Shown here: in pieces, positions 29,015 to 38,819 of the stretch | Numbering within the stretch: the first letter of the stretch is position 1 | Layout: each line of letters opens with the position of its first letter | DNA from: Histomonas meleagridis 2922-C6/04-290x | Lineage: Eukaryota; Protista; Parabasalia | Assembly (NCBI GenBank): GCA_020184695.1 | Contig: JAANOX010000269.1 | Coordinates: 62,001 to 126,000 of the forward strand | Direction: 5' to 3' | Length of the DNA stretch: 64,000 nucleotides | Position numbers and translations under genes: made by a program | The notes under the pieces: generated by a model | Database searches by the model: none | The model's input: only the letters and a program-made list of their open reading frames with translations | What the model was told of the DNA's origin: nothing

Positions 29015-30761
29015 ATATGCAGTTGCAGTTAAGGATGGGTATCGATAAAACCGTTTATTTTATTTTATTTATAAAAAAGTGACAATCTACATTCAAAATT
29101 CTTATATCGTTCTGAACGATGGTATTCAAAATTTTATCATTAAAAATAAAAATATCTAGTGAAAATCGATATATATTTATATAGCTAAAATTGATTTTCG
29201 TAAGAAATTTGAGGGACATTTATTAGAATGATATCAAGATAAAGTAGTCTAATTGTGGTTACACATTTAATGCATTTGCGATTAAGAATCAATTTCAAAC
29301 ATCACAACACACAACACTTTTCATAAAGTGGTATCGGTCGGCAGTATCTGATGTTTACACTTGTTACTTTTTAAAATATCTATTTTTTGATTATTTCATT
29401 GGAATAATTTTCGCTTTGCTCAAAACGTATTTTGACATAATGCTAATATTGCAGATTTTATATGATAAAATCATATGCAATTATCAGCCCCGCAATAAAA
29501 CGAACTAAATTTATATAAATTTAGTCAAATAAAATTGCATTTAAATTTAATTTTCCAATTTATATATTTTTAATGCATTTTGAGTTCTTCTTATAGTGTT
29601 TTGATGCATGTTTATTTTGATATTGAAAGTTTAAACTAAGTTTCGAAAAAATTATATCAATTATCATTATCACTAAATTTTCATATTTTGCATAATTATA
29701 TTCTAAATATTATTACAAAATTATTTATAACTAAAATAGTTCGAATATTCATAATTATTCATGAGATATTTCATTGATTTTTATTTGAATGCTATCGTCA
29801 ATTACGATACAAGAAATTTGAATGCATATCTGTCACTTTTTTATCAGGATAATATCGATAAATATCAGCTGATAACGATAGAATATCGATAAAATATCGA
29901 TAACGGTTTTGACATTTATCAGCGGTTTATCGATATATCAGAGCCCAATTTTAGTCGCAGTTGGTAATCTCGAAATCATTTGGTTTATGAGTAAAAAATC
30001 ATACAAAATTTAAACACAAATATCAAAGTCATCATTTGAAAATGCATTTCATCAAAATAATATCTTTAAATGTCTTTATGAAAAAAAGCTTATTGAAGTC
30101 AAATAAAAAGTTGTACTAATTCTTTGATTCCTTTTTTACATGTTATAATTAAAGGTGTAATAAATAGTATAAAATTATTCCGAATATAGATTTAAAACTT
30201 CAATAAAAATAGTTAAATATTAAATATTATTGTATAATATCTTTGGTATTAATTTCGATATTTTCCTTTCTATAAAAAGATCAAAAATGTTTTTAACACA
30301 TCTTGGTGATAAATCATTATCTGTGTGATATTCTAGCAATGACACAAGCATAAACAGAATCAAAATTATTCAAAAAATTCAAAAAAACGTAATTATACAG
30401 CAAAACAAATGAAAAAAAACAAAAGAATCTATAAAATATCTAATACATTAATATCAATATCTATATCTTGAAGAAGTAATTTTACACCTTAAACAAAGCC
30501 TTAACTACGTATAGATACGGTATAAAATAGCTATCATCGTTTTGTTATTGTGTTTTTGAAAGAGTAAAAAAAAATATCAGCAGTTTTGAGTAATATATTT
30601 CATCATTATAAAAATAAGGAAAACTGTGAATGTCGAAGTCATTTTATTTGTCTATATTCAATTCAAAAGTTCCAACATTGTAATGGTATTGCAGCGGTTA
30701 TGGATTGAAAATCAAACGGCTGCTCACAAAACTCCTATCGTAAAAATATTTTATTTATTTA

Positions 30762-33700
30762 TCAAAAGAGTTCCAATATTTCTCCGTTATATTCCTTCAT
30801 CATCTTATTACATATTTCGGCACTTCTTACGCGATGTTTTCTCTTTATTTCCAACACGTTTTGAGCCTTTGCCTCTTCCACATATTTTTCGAATCTTTCG
30901 TCGCTTTGTACCTTTACGTAAATTTTTTCCAATTCGTTACAATATTTTATCATCGAAGTTTTCGTTACAACGTTTGCGAACAGTTTCAACACTTCGCGAA
31001 ACGCTTCGGAATTTTTATTAATTTTTTTCAACTTTTGCGCGAAAACTTTCAAATTAATTTTATTTATACATTGTTGGAACTCACAAAAGATCAAAGAAAA
31101 CAATTTCAGCGCTTTAACTTGAACTGATGTTTCGTTATCATTTAAAGCGTTTAACGAATTATTTATTATAATTTCGATTTTGTCTTCGACGTTTTCATTA
31201 TATTCTTCAATATAACTAAAAACAAAATCTAATGAATTGTTCCGCATCATTTGTCCAATGTCTTCAATATATTCTTCAGAGCCATAATATCGTTTAATGA
31301 AATGTTTATCATTCGATGTAATACATCGACAAATGTTTTCGAATTGTTTGTCAATGATATTATGTAACGAAGAATTCTTTATGCAGGTCTTATAACAATT
31401 AATGGCATACGAACATGAAATTGGTTCATTAGAATTAATTTCGATTTGTTCCAAAATTTGTTTCATTTCATTTTCATCATTACAAATTTGTAAATAATTA
31501 AAAATCGATTGAAGTAATATCGGTGAAATTAAATTATTTTCATGAATTAACTTAATATATTTATCAATATATTCATGTGAACTTATTTTTAATAGTAAAT
31601 AAAAGAATTGTATAAAGTCATCTTTTGTTTCTTTTTTATAGTCAGCACTTTTGGTAAAGTACTCAAAAATATTTTGAACGTTAACCAAACGGTCTTTTGA
31701 AGTAATATGTAATAACATTATAACATATGAATGAAGCCAAATCGATAAATGATTTGTATCTTTTATAACAATGTCATTTAGTTGCTCTAGATATGTTTTA
31801 GATGATATACAACCAATTGCATATGATGCAGGCGTAAATATGTTTCGATCTTTATCATTAATTAGTTCAAAAATTCGATTTATTAATTTCGAATTTGAAA
31901 TTAATGAATTTCGTGAACCAATTTCACCAATTATATATAACGAAGATGAAATAGATTTCGTTGGCGATGTTGTTGACATTATAATTGGTTCAATTTTAGT
32001 TATCAAATAATTTGCAAATTCTGATTTCGTTGACAATAACCCAAATAATTTCGATGTGTTCGATACCAAATCGTCGGAATTTTGATTGTTGCTGTTGATT
32101 ATCTTGAAAAGTTTGTCGATGAAATTAATTGAATTTTCGGGAATTAATAAAATTAACTCGGATAAGTATTCTATGATCTCATCAGTAAGTGCTGAGAATA
32201 ACAAATTTGTTATCTTAGTGAAAACTTCCTTGAAAATTGTGGAATTAGAATTTGGAATTAATAATTGTAAAATTTTAATGGTATACTTTTGGGAATTAAA
32301 ATCATTCAATTCCATACGATTTAATAATGATGGAAGTAAAAATGTTACTTTTGTTGATTGAATAAGATTTTTGTTTAAAGACAAATAAATGAAATACAGA
32401 GAAACCGTCGAAACCGTCATATCGTTGGAGTTAACGTATTCCGGAAGTTTTTCAAATATTTTTTCGGTTATTGCGGTTAGTTCTTTGTAAACTGGTGAAA
32501 CTAAAATTAATGAAAATGAAGATAATGCAGGTTTTGCATATATTTCACTTGTAATATAAAATTGATAAATTGTTTGGATATTATTTTGGTTTTGTTGATG
32601 CAAAATGAAAAACAATGTGAGAGGGTAAATGGATTCAATGCTTTTGTTTTGCTTTGAATATTCCAAAACTTTTTGATTGAGGCAATTCAATGCGTCAGAA
32701 TTTGTTGTTTTCAATTGACTATACAAATAAGAAATTGTATTAAAACATTCACTTTTTGTTGGAATATTTTTGTCGTATAAAATTTTTGATAGCAAATTGA
32801 CAATATTTGCGGTTATGTCGTTCAAATAATTTGACGTTGACAAAATTGCGTTAATTAAATTTAACACATTTTTAATATTATGAATATCAAATTTATTGGA
32901 AAGCCCATCAATCATTTTCTTCGCTAATGTAATCGGCAAAGATTTTCTTTTTAATATGATGGTTGTAATTGAAGGATAAGAAATCGAGAGAAGTGACAAA
33001 TTTGTTTCTTTTTCGATTTGTTTCACGAAATTTTCATAACATTTTACAATATCATTTTCAGTAATTTTGTTTCCGAATTTTTTGATAATAAAAACAAGAA
33101 GTTGTAAACTTGTAATCTTTGATCCTTCATCATTCTCATTCATTAAGTTCGGTATTATTTCATGATTTTCTTCTAAAACTTTCGAAAATGTTTCTGGAAA
33201 ATGACGAATTAGAATTTCCGCTAATTGATGAAATGATTTTCGTATTTTCCATGAGCCGTCATTCATTTGTTCATCTTCAATTGGTTCTTCGAGTACACCA
33301 TCGACAATAAAATCATCATTTATATCATCTTCAATGATATCATAAGAAGTTATATCGATATTATAAAATAGAAATTGAAACACTAATTCAACATAAACAT
33401 CAGATGTATCAATAAACAATTGAGGAAATGATTCAATTAATGAACAAAATGATAAAATTGATTGTTGCGCATTCTCAAGTATTTGATCAGAATTTATTTC
33501 TTCAGTTTCTTCTTCTTCTTCATTTTCTGTATCTAATGCTTCAATTTTGGGATAAAAAAGATTAACTAAATCGGAGATATGTGGCTCAAACCGCTCTGGC
33601 ATATGTGTGACAAGTGATGAAAGTACTCGAAATGAAATATTCATCGATGAATTTTGGAGGAGAACGTTTATGAGTGACTCAAATTGTGTATCGTTGCTTA

Positions 33701-34325
33701 GGGTGCCCCATGCTAGCTCAAAATCAATAACGGTCGCCGTCGATTTGTCATAAAGTGGATTTATAAGTTCAATTGCTCTCTTCATTAATACTTCTCTTTG
33801 TTTTGGTGTATAAAGAGATCCTAATGATTTGGTAAGTGATGTTAATAACTCAATACCGGAAATTAAGTTTTCATAATTACCACGTGGAAGATCAACATAG
33901 ATACCAAACAATGAATCAACACATATTTGTTGCTTTTTTTCGTCAGTAAAAAGATAATGATGGAAGATTTCTGTAAATAAAGAAATGTAATTATTTTGTA
34001 GATATTTCAGAGAAGAACTAAATGGCTTTGTTCCAAACCTTGCAAAAAATGTTGGAAGAAAATCATCTGGAAGTCGAGTTGATAATAAAACTAATACTCT
34101 TAATGAATATGAAATAACTATCGATGCTGAATGGCCAGTATTCGCATTTTCAATACAGTCATCAACTCTTTGGATAATTGTTTCTAAGGTTCTTGTTGAA
34201 TAATTTAATTGTTTGATTCCTTTCAGGTATTTTGCAAAATCATCCAGATAATTGATATGGTCATCTGGGTCTGAGCTTAAAAGCTTATTACAAAATCCTT
34301 GTATTTTTTGCTGTGTGTCAAACAT
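30762..34325 (-). CDS. CAND1: CAND1/TIP120-like HEAT-repeat protein
   Basis: KLLSSDPDD at the N-terminus; acidic loop followed by NDGSWKIRK (CAND1 DDxSWKVR); about 1190 aa. Confidence 0.7.
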   Translation of the reverse strand: MFDTQQKIQGFCNKLLSSDPDDHINYLDDFAKYLKGIKQLNYSTRTLETIIQRVDDCIENANTGHSASIVISYSLRVLVLLSTRLPDDFLPTFFARFGTKPFSSSLKYLQNNYISLFTEIFHHYLFTDEKKQQICVDSLFGIYVDLPRGNYENLISGIELLTSLTKSLGSLYTPKQREVLMKRAIELINPLYDKSTATVIDFELAWGTLSNDTQFESLINVLLQNSSMNISFRVLSSLVTHMPERFEPHISDLVNLFYPKIEALDTENEEEEETEEINSDQILENAQQSILSFCSLIESFPQLFIDTSDVYVELVFQFLFYNIDITSYDIIEDDINDDFIVDGVLEEPIEDEQMNDGSWKIRKSFHQLAEILIRHFPETFSKVLEENHEIIPNLMNENDEGSKITSLQLLVFIIKKFGNKITENDIVKCYENFVKQIEKETNLSLLSISYPSITTIILKRKSLPITLAKKMIDGLSNKFDIHNIKNVLNLINAILSTSNYLNDITANIVNLLSKILYDKNIPTKSECFNTISYLYSQLKTTNSDALNCLNQKVLEYSKQNKSIESIYPLTLFFILHQQNQNNIQTIYQFYITSEIYAKPALSSFSLILVSPVYKELTAITEKIFEKLPEYVNSNDMTVSTVSLYFIYLSLNKNLIQSTKVTFLLPSLLNRMELNDFNSQKYTIKILQLLIPNSNSTIFKEVFTKITNLLFSALTDEIIEYLSELILLIPENSINFIDKLFKIINSNNQNSDDLVSNTSKLFGLLSTKSEFANYLITKIEPIIMSTTSPTKSISSSLYIIGEIGSRNSLISNSKLINRIFELINDKDRNIFTPASYAIGCISSKTYLEQLNDIVIKDTNHLSIWLHSYVIMLLHITSKDRLVNVQNIFEYFTKSADYKKETKDDFIQFFYLLLKISSHEYIDKYIKLIHENNLISPILLQSIFNYLQICNDENEMKQILEQIEINSNEPISCSYAINCYKTCIKNSSLHNIIDKQFENICRCITSNDKHFIKRYYGSEEYIEDIGQMMRNNSLDFVFSYIEEYNENVEDKIEIIINNSLNALNDNETSVQVKALKLFSLIFCEFQQCINKINLKVFAQKLKKINKNSEAFREVLKLFANVVTKTSMIKYCNELEKIYVKVQSDERFEKYVEEAKAQNVLEIKRKHRVRSAEICNKMMKEYNGEILELF

Positions 34326-34759
34326 GATATTTTAATCAAATTTGATATGAGGTGCCCCAATAAACGTTCCTTTAGATTGCTGTTGTTCAAAACATAAGGA
34401 AAAAATTAATATAAAATATAATCAAAAAAGATATCTTGTTGCCATACTGAACCTCGGAAACAAACTTTTTTATTTATATGAAACTAAAATTTAAAATTTG
34501 GGAATTCTCAAAAATCAAAATATTGTTTATACTCAAAAGAAAAAGAAAGTCTTATGTTGCGGTATTGAAATATTTAAAAGTTATAGTATCAAATACACTC
34601 ATTTAATAATATATATATATAAAACATTTTCACTTTTTTACAGATTCCAATAGGGAGGGTACACATTTATAAATAATTTTGACTTTTTTTCCCGAAAGCT
34701 GTCGAATCATCATGTTCAGAGATTTTCAATCATTCCATTTCTTTTAACACGATTTCATT

Positions 34760-35165
34760 GTTTCCATCACTATACAAAATAAATTTAACTATTTCTGTAT
34801 GACCATTTTCAGGTGCTAACATAAATGCTGTTTGAAATATTTGAAATGATTTCCAAATATTATTTTGAAGTATAGAACAATTAAAATAAGTTAGAAACAT
34901 AATAAGTAAATATCCTCAACATCAATACTAATATTTTTTTGTTCAAGAATTAATTTAACTATATTTATATCCCATTTTTAGTTATCCAAATATGTGTCAT
35001 CTAATAAATTTTTTAAATATATCCAAAATATTGTTTTGAAATATAATATTATGTTAATAAACACCAAACAAATTATTCAAATATCTAATATATTGTAATC
35101 AATTCCTTTCTGTGCTAGAAGTAATTTAGCTATTTCAATATGACCATAACAAGCTTCGCACATTA
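34760..35165 (-). repeat. Degenerate ankyrin repeats with the same spacer (locus 2)
   Basis: GHIEIAKLLLAQKGID and TAFMLAPENGHTEIVK; spacer 34832-34914 is 83 nt. Confidence 0.75.
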
Positions 35166-35471
35166 GTACTGAGAAAACAACAATAAAAAACATTAAATTC
35201 CAAGAATTAATACGAAATATAACATTGAAAACACTTACCACGTTAATATTATATTTTATTTTGTTTGATTATGGGGTAATATATTGCGCAAAAAATCGCT
35301 AAGATATCATTCACAAGAATAAATCATATCTATCGATAGATGGCAATATGAAAACAAGCGATTTTAAGTTGTTTCAAGTTCCTCATTATTAATATTTCAA
35401 GAAATGTTTATTTCAAAAATGTCGAGTATCGCATTGCTAATAATATGACTTAACTCATAAAAATAGTTTTA

Positions 35472-36917
35472 CTAACGATAACCTCTGAATCTTCCGCCCA
35501 TAATGTAATGTGGATTTGCCAATTCTCTCTGAATTTTCTCTTCTTCATCTTTCCAATTCTTAATCATTTGCATTTGTTCTTCTTTCTCTTTCTGTTTCTC
35601 TCTTCTTTTAGCTTCGTTTCTTAGAGCTGTTTGTTGTTGTAACATTTGATTTTGATTTCTGATCATTCTTCTCCTTGTTTCTAATTCTTCTTGATCTAAT
35701 ATCCGCTTTTCTTCTAACTCTTTTTCTAGTTGTTCCTTTTCTTTGATTTTGTCCTTTTTCAATTCCTCTTTTTGTAATTCATGTAATTTAATTGTACGAA
35801 CTCTATCATTTACAGCATCTAACATTAATTGCCTACGCTTTTGCGCATCTATTCTTCTCATTTCATCTTCTTTTCTATTAGCTTCTTCTTGAGCAGATTC
35901 AAGATATAATTCTGCTTCATGGTTTGATGTTGCCACCTTATTAAGCTGTGTACTAAGCAACTGCTGGTTTTGATTTGCTTTACGGATACGGAATAATCGC
36001 TCAACTAAAGCATCTTCTTCTTGTTGCCTTAATTCTTCAGCCGCTTGTTTTGAATACTTTACATCAAATTCCTTTTCTTTTTGAGCCAAAATTCGTTTTC
36101 TTTGCGTTTGTTCGAAATTAAGTTCATCAAGTTCTTTTCTACGTTTTGCTTGTTGCATTGCCTTTTGTTCTTGTGCAATTTGCGCTTGTCGAATAGCTTC
36201 TTCAGTTGTTGTACGGAATTGTAAACTTTCCTCATATTCGAGTTGTTTAGCTTTTTCAGCCTTTTCTTGATGCTGTTTCATCTCAGAAAGCCATTCATCT
36301 CGATTCTGTAGAATTTTTTGTCGCTTGATTTCGGCCTCTTTACGGAGATCAGCATAATAGGCTTCAGCATTGGCCTTCACCGTGGCAGCATATTTTTGTT
36401 CTTCCACATCATCTGCCATTCGCGCTATATCACGTTCTCGTATTTGTTCATCTCGTTCAGCTAAAACTTGTTTTTGAAGAGCTTCTGAAATTTGATGACG
36501 TAGTGGGTCACAATTATCCCTCCATGCTTGTTCACGTTTCATTGCTACATATTCATCATGTTCTTTTTGACGCTGATCCTTCAAAGCATTAAGTTTTTCC
36601 ATTAATCGAAGCCTACGTTGTTGTGGAGTTTCTACACAATTTTGGATTTCTGCTGAATATTGTAATTCTTCTTTTTGTAATAATTGTGCCAATTTTTGAC
36701 GTCTATTATTAATTTCTTTTTCTGCATCTTCAGATCTTTTTTTTGCACGTCTTTTTAATTCACTTGCTTGATATCTATTTTTTGATCTACTTTCAAAATC
36801 TGCTCTTTGCCTAGTCATTTCTTCTTCTCTTTGTGATATCATAAAATTCCTTTGTGCTTCTTCTCTACTTCTTCTTTCCATTGCCATCTGAAGACCTGCG
36901 GCTTGTCTTCTTCTCAT
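35472..36917 (-). CDS. CFAP53/CCDC11-like (trichohyalin-plectin homology) flagellar coiled-coil protein
   Basis: ETPQQRRLRL...AWRDNCDPLR motif; charged coiled coil throughout. Confidence 0.7.
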   Translation of the reverse strand: MRRRQAAGLQMAMERRSREEAQRNFMISQREEEMTRQRADFESRSKNRYQASELKRRAKKRSEDAEKEINNRRQKLAQLLQKEELQYSAEIQNCVETPQQRRLRLMEKLNALKDQRQKEHDEYVAMKREQAWRDNCDPLRHQISEALQKQVLAERDEQIRERDIARMADDVEEQKYAATVKANAEAYYADLRKEAEIKRQKILQNRDEWLSEMKQHQEKAEKAKQLEYEESLQFRTTTEEAIRQAQIAQEQKAMQQAKRRKELDELNFEQTQRKRILAQKEKEFDVKYSKQAAEELRQQEEDALVERLFRIRKANQNQQLLSTQLNKVATSNHEAELYLESAQEEANRKEDEMRRIDAQKRRQLMLDAVNDRVRTIKLHELQKEELKKDKIKEKEQLEKELEEKRILDQEELETRRRMIRNQNQMLQQQTALRNEAKRREKQKEKEEQMQMIKNWKDEEEKIQRELANPHYIMGGRFRGYR

Positions 36918-36949
36918 TAATTTTTTTTATAACGTATTTCAACAAGCGA

Positions 36950-37065
36950 AAAGTGACAAAAGGACATTTGATATGAAATTGTTGATTTAGAAACTTTTGA
37001 AAGGGCCCCAACCAAATAGAGCCATTCAATTTTGAGATGGAGTTGACCACTTCACTTTACTCAAG
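36950..37065 (+). promoter_or_regulatory. Divergent promoter region (M2 AAAGTGAC, Inr-like TCACT/TCAAT)
   Basis: 148-bp gap between the CFAP53-like and SCS-alpha start codons; AAAGTGAC at 36950-36957. Confidence 0.55.
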
Positions 37066-37992
37066 ATGCTTGCATCTCCAGTTCGTAATCTTCATAAGCC
37101 ACTTCTCTTCGTTGACGAGAATACACGCGTTGTTGTCCAGGGTATTGGTAATCAAGGTCAATTCCATTCAAGATTGATGCGCGAATATGGTACAAAAGTT
37201 GTCGCTGGCGTTCACCCTAAAAAGGCTGGCCAAATAGTCGCAGGAATGCCAGTTTTCGCTTCTGTTAAGGATGCAGTCGAAAAAACAGATGCTAATGCTT
37301 CTCTTATCTTCGTTCCAGCTTCTGGCGCTGCTGCTGCTATGATCGAAGCTGCTAATGCTGGCGTTGGACTTGTTGTTTGCATCACAGAACATATCCCACA
37401 ACATGATATGATCAAAGTTAAGAAAGTCCTTAAAGAAAAAGGCGTTGAACTTATTGGTCCAAACTGCCCAGGTATCATTCAACCACGTACACATTGCAAG
37501 ATGGGAATTATTCCAACAAATATTCACACACCAGGAAAAATCGGTATTGTTTCCCGTTCTGGTACACTTACATATGAAGCCTCATATGCTACAACATTAG
37601 CTGGACTCGGCCAATCTACAGTTGTTGGTATTGGTGGTGATCCATTTGCAGGACAATTACATACTGACGTTGTCAAAAGGTTCGCTGAAGATCCACATAC
37701 CGAAGGTATCATCCTCATTGGTGAAATCGGTGGTCAATCTGAAGAAGATGCTGCAGAATGGATCGCAAAGAATCATCTTACAAAGGAGAAGCCAGTCGTT
37801 AGCTTCATCGCTGGTGCTACAGCTCCACCAGGCAAGCGTATGGGCCACGCTGGAGCTATCATTTCCGGTGGAAAGGGTACTGCTGAAGGCAAATACGAAG
37901 CACTTCAAGCTGCTGGAGTTCGCATCTCACGCCATCCAGGTAACCTTGGTAAGTTTATCTTTGAAGAAATGAAGAAGTTGGGCCGCATCTAA
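37066..37992 (+). CDS. sucD: Succinyl-CoA synthetase alpha subunit, hydrogenosomal type
   Basis: Presequence MLASPVRN; [25 protein letters not shown] and phospho-His motif [10 protein letters not shown]. Confidence 0.97.
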   Translation: MLASPVRNLHKPLLFVDENTRVVVQGIGNQGQFHSRLMREYGTKVVAGVHPKKAGQIVAGMPVFASVKDAVEKTDANASLIFVPASGAAAAMIEAANAGVGLVVCITEHIPQHDMIKVKKVLKEKGVELIGPNCPGIIQPRTHCKMGIIPTNIHTPGKIGIVSRSGTLTYEASYATTLAGLGQSTVVGIGGDPFAGQLHTDVVKRFAEDPHTEGIILIGEIGGQSEEDAAEWIAKNHLTKEKPVVSFIAGATAPPGKRMGHAGAIISGGKGTAEGKYEALQAAGVRISRHPGNLGKFIFEEMKKLGRI

Positions 37993-38288
37993 ACATTGGT
38001 GCTCTTAATTAATTTTTGTTGTGTTTTTTAGAACCGATTTAATAATACAAAAAGTGTGAGAGTAAACTATTGAAAATGCTTTTGGTGTGGACTAGCTCTC
38101 GACCAAATATGTATTGAAAATATTGGAGCATAGAATAAAAATATCTCGAATTTATCATAATATATTTTTACATAACTCAATGAAAATGTCGACATAAAGC
38201 TATTGATTTAAATTCCAAAAGAAAATTTTTAATTTATATTTGTCGTCTGATCTGTTCATACAATTTATGTTAATGAATTATAATTATA

Positions 38289-38293
<5 letters not shown>

Positions 38294-38353
<60 letters not shown>
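38294..38353. repeat. (AT)n microsatellite, about 30 units
   Basis: Direct observation. Confidence 0.95.
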
Positions 38354-38354
<1 letters not shown>

Positions 38355-38819
38355 AAGAATGGTCAGCGTATACATATTTATCCTTTTTTGATCTTTTTTC
38401 TTGATTGCTCTTCTTCATGTTTGAAATTAAATGATTTGTCAAAAAAAAAAAATTGTCATCGAATTAACATCAATTTGCTTGCGTTTTCGTAAACATTTGC
38501 AAGTTGAAGCCAATGAGAAAATGTTCGAAATTGCAAATTATTTAATTTTTTTAATTTATATAAATGGAATATTAAATTTCCTTGAAATTAAGTGTGATCA
38601 ACTCACTATATTAGACAAATTTATACAAGTTTCCATATATATCTACATAAAGTTTGAAAATTTTTCCATTTTTCTTGTCTTCACTGATTTTCCGGTAAAT
38701 ACATTTGCTATTCTTAACAGAAGAAGAAAAAAATTATATGTATAATATAAAAAATTAATTCCATTTTATTCGTGTTAAACTCTTATAATTTATTTGTTTC
38801 CTACAACATACTAAAAATT

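Noticed and set aside
29504-29525. Perfect 22-bp palindrome ACTAAATTTATATAAATTTAGT
   Set aside because: Almost all A/T; expected by chance at this composition in 64 kb.
30626-31021. 131-aa plus-strand ORF and many other short ORF-track entries (e.g. 37168-37527, 43178-43543, 43318-43752, 49275-49574, 14946-15269)
   Set aside because: Antisense or alternate-frame shadows of clear genes, mostly with non-ATG starts and no recognisable motifs.
38294-38353. (AT)30 tract as a functional element
   Set aside because: Ordinary microsatellite with no supporting context.
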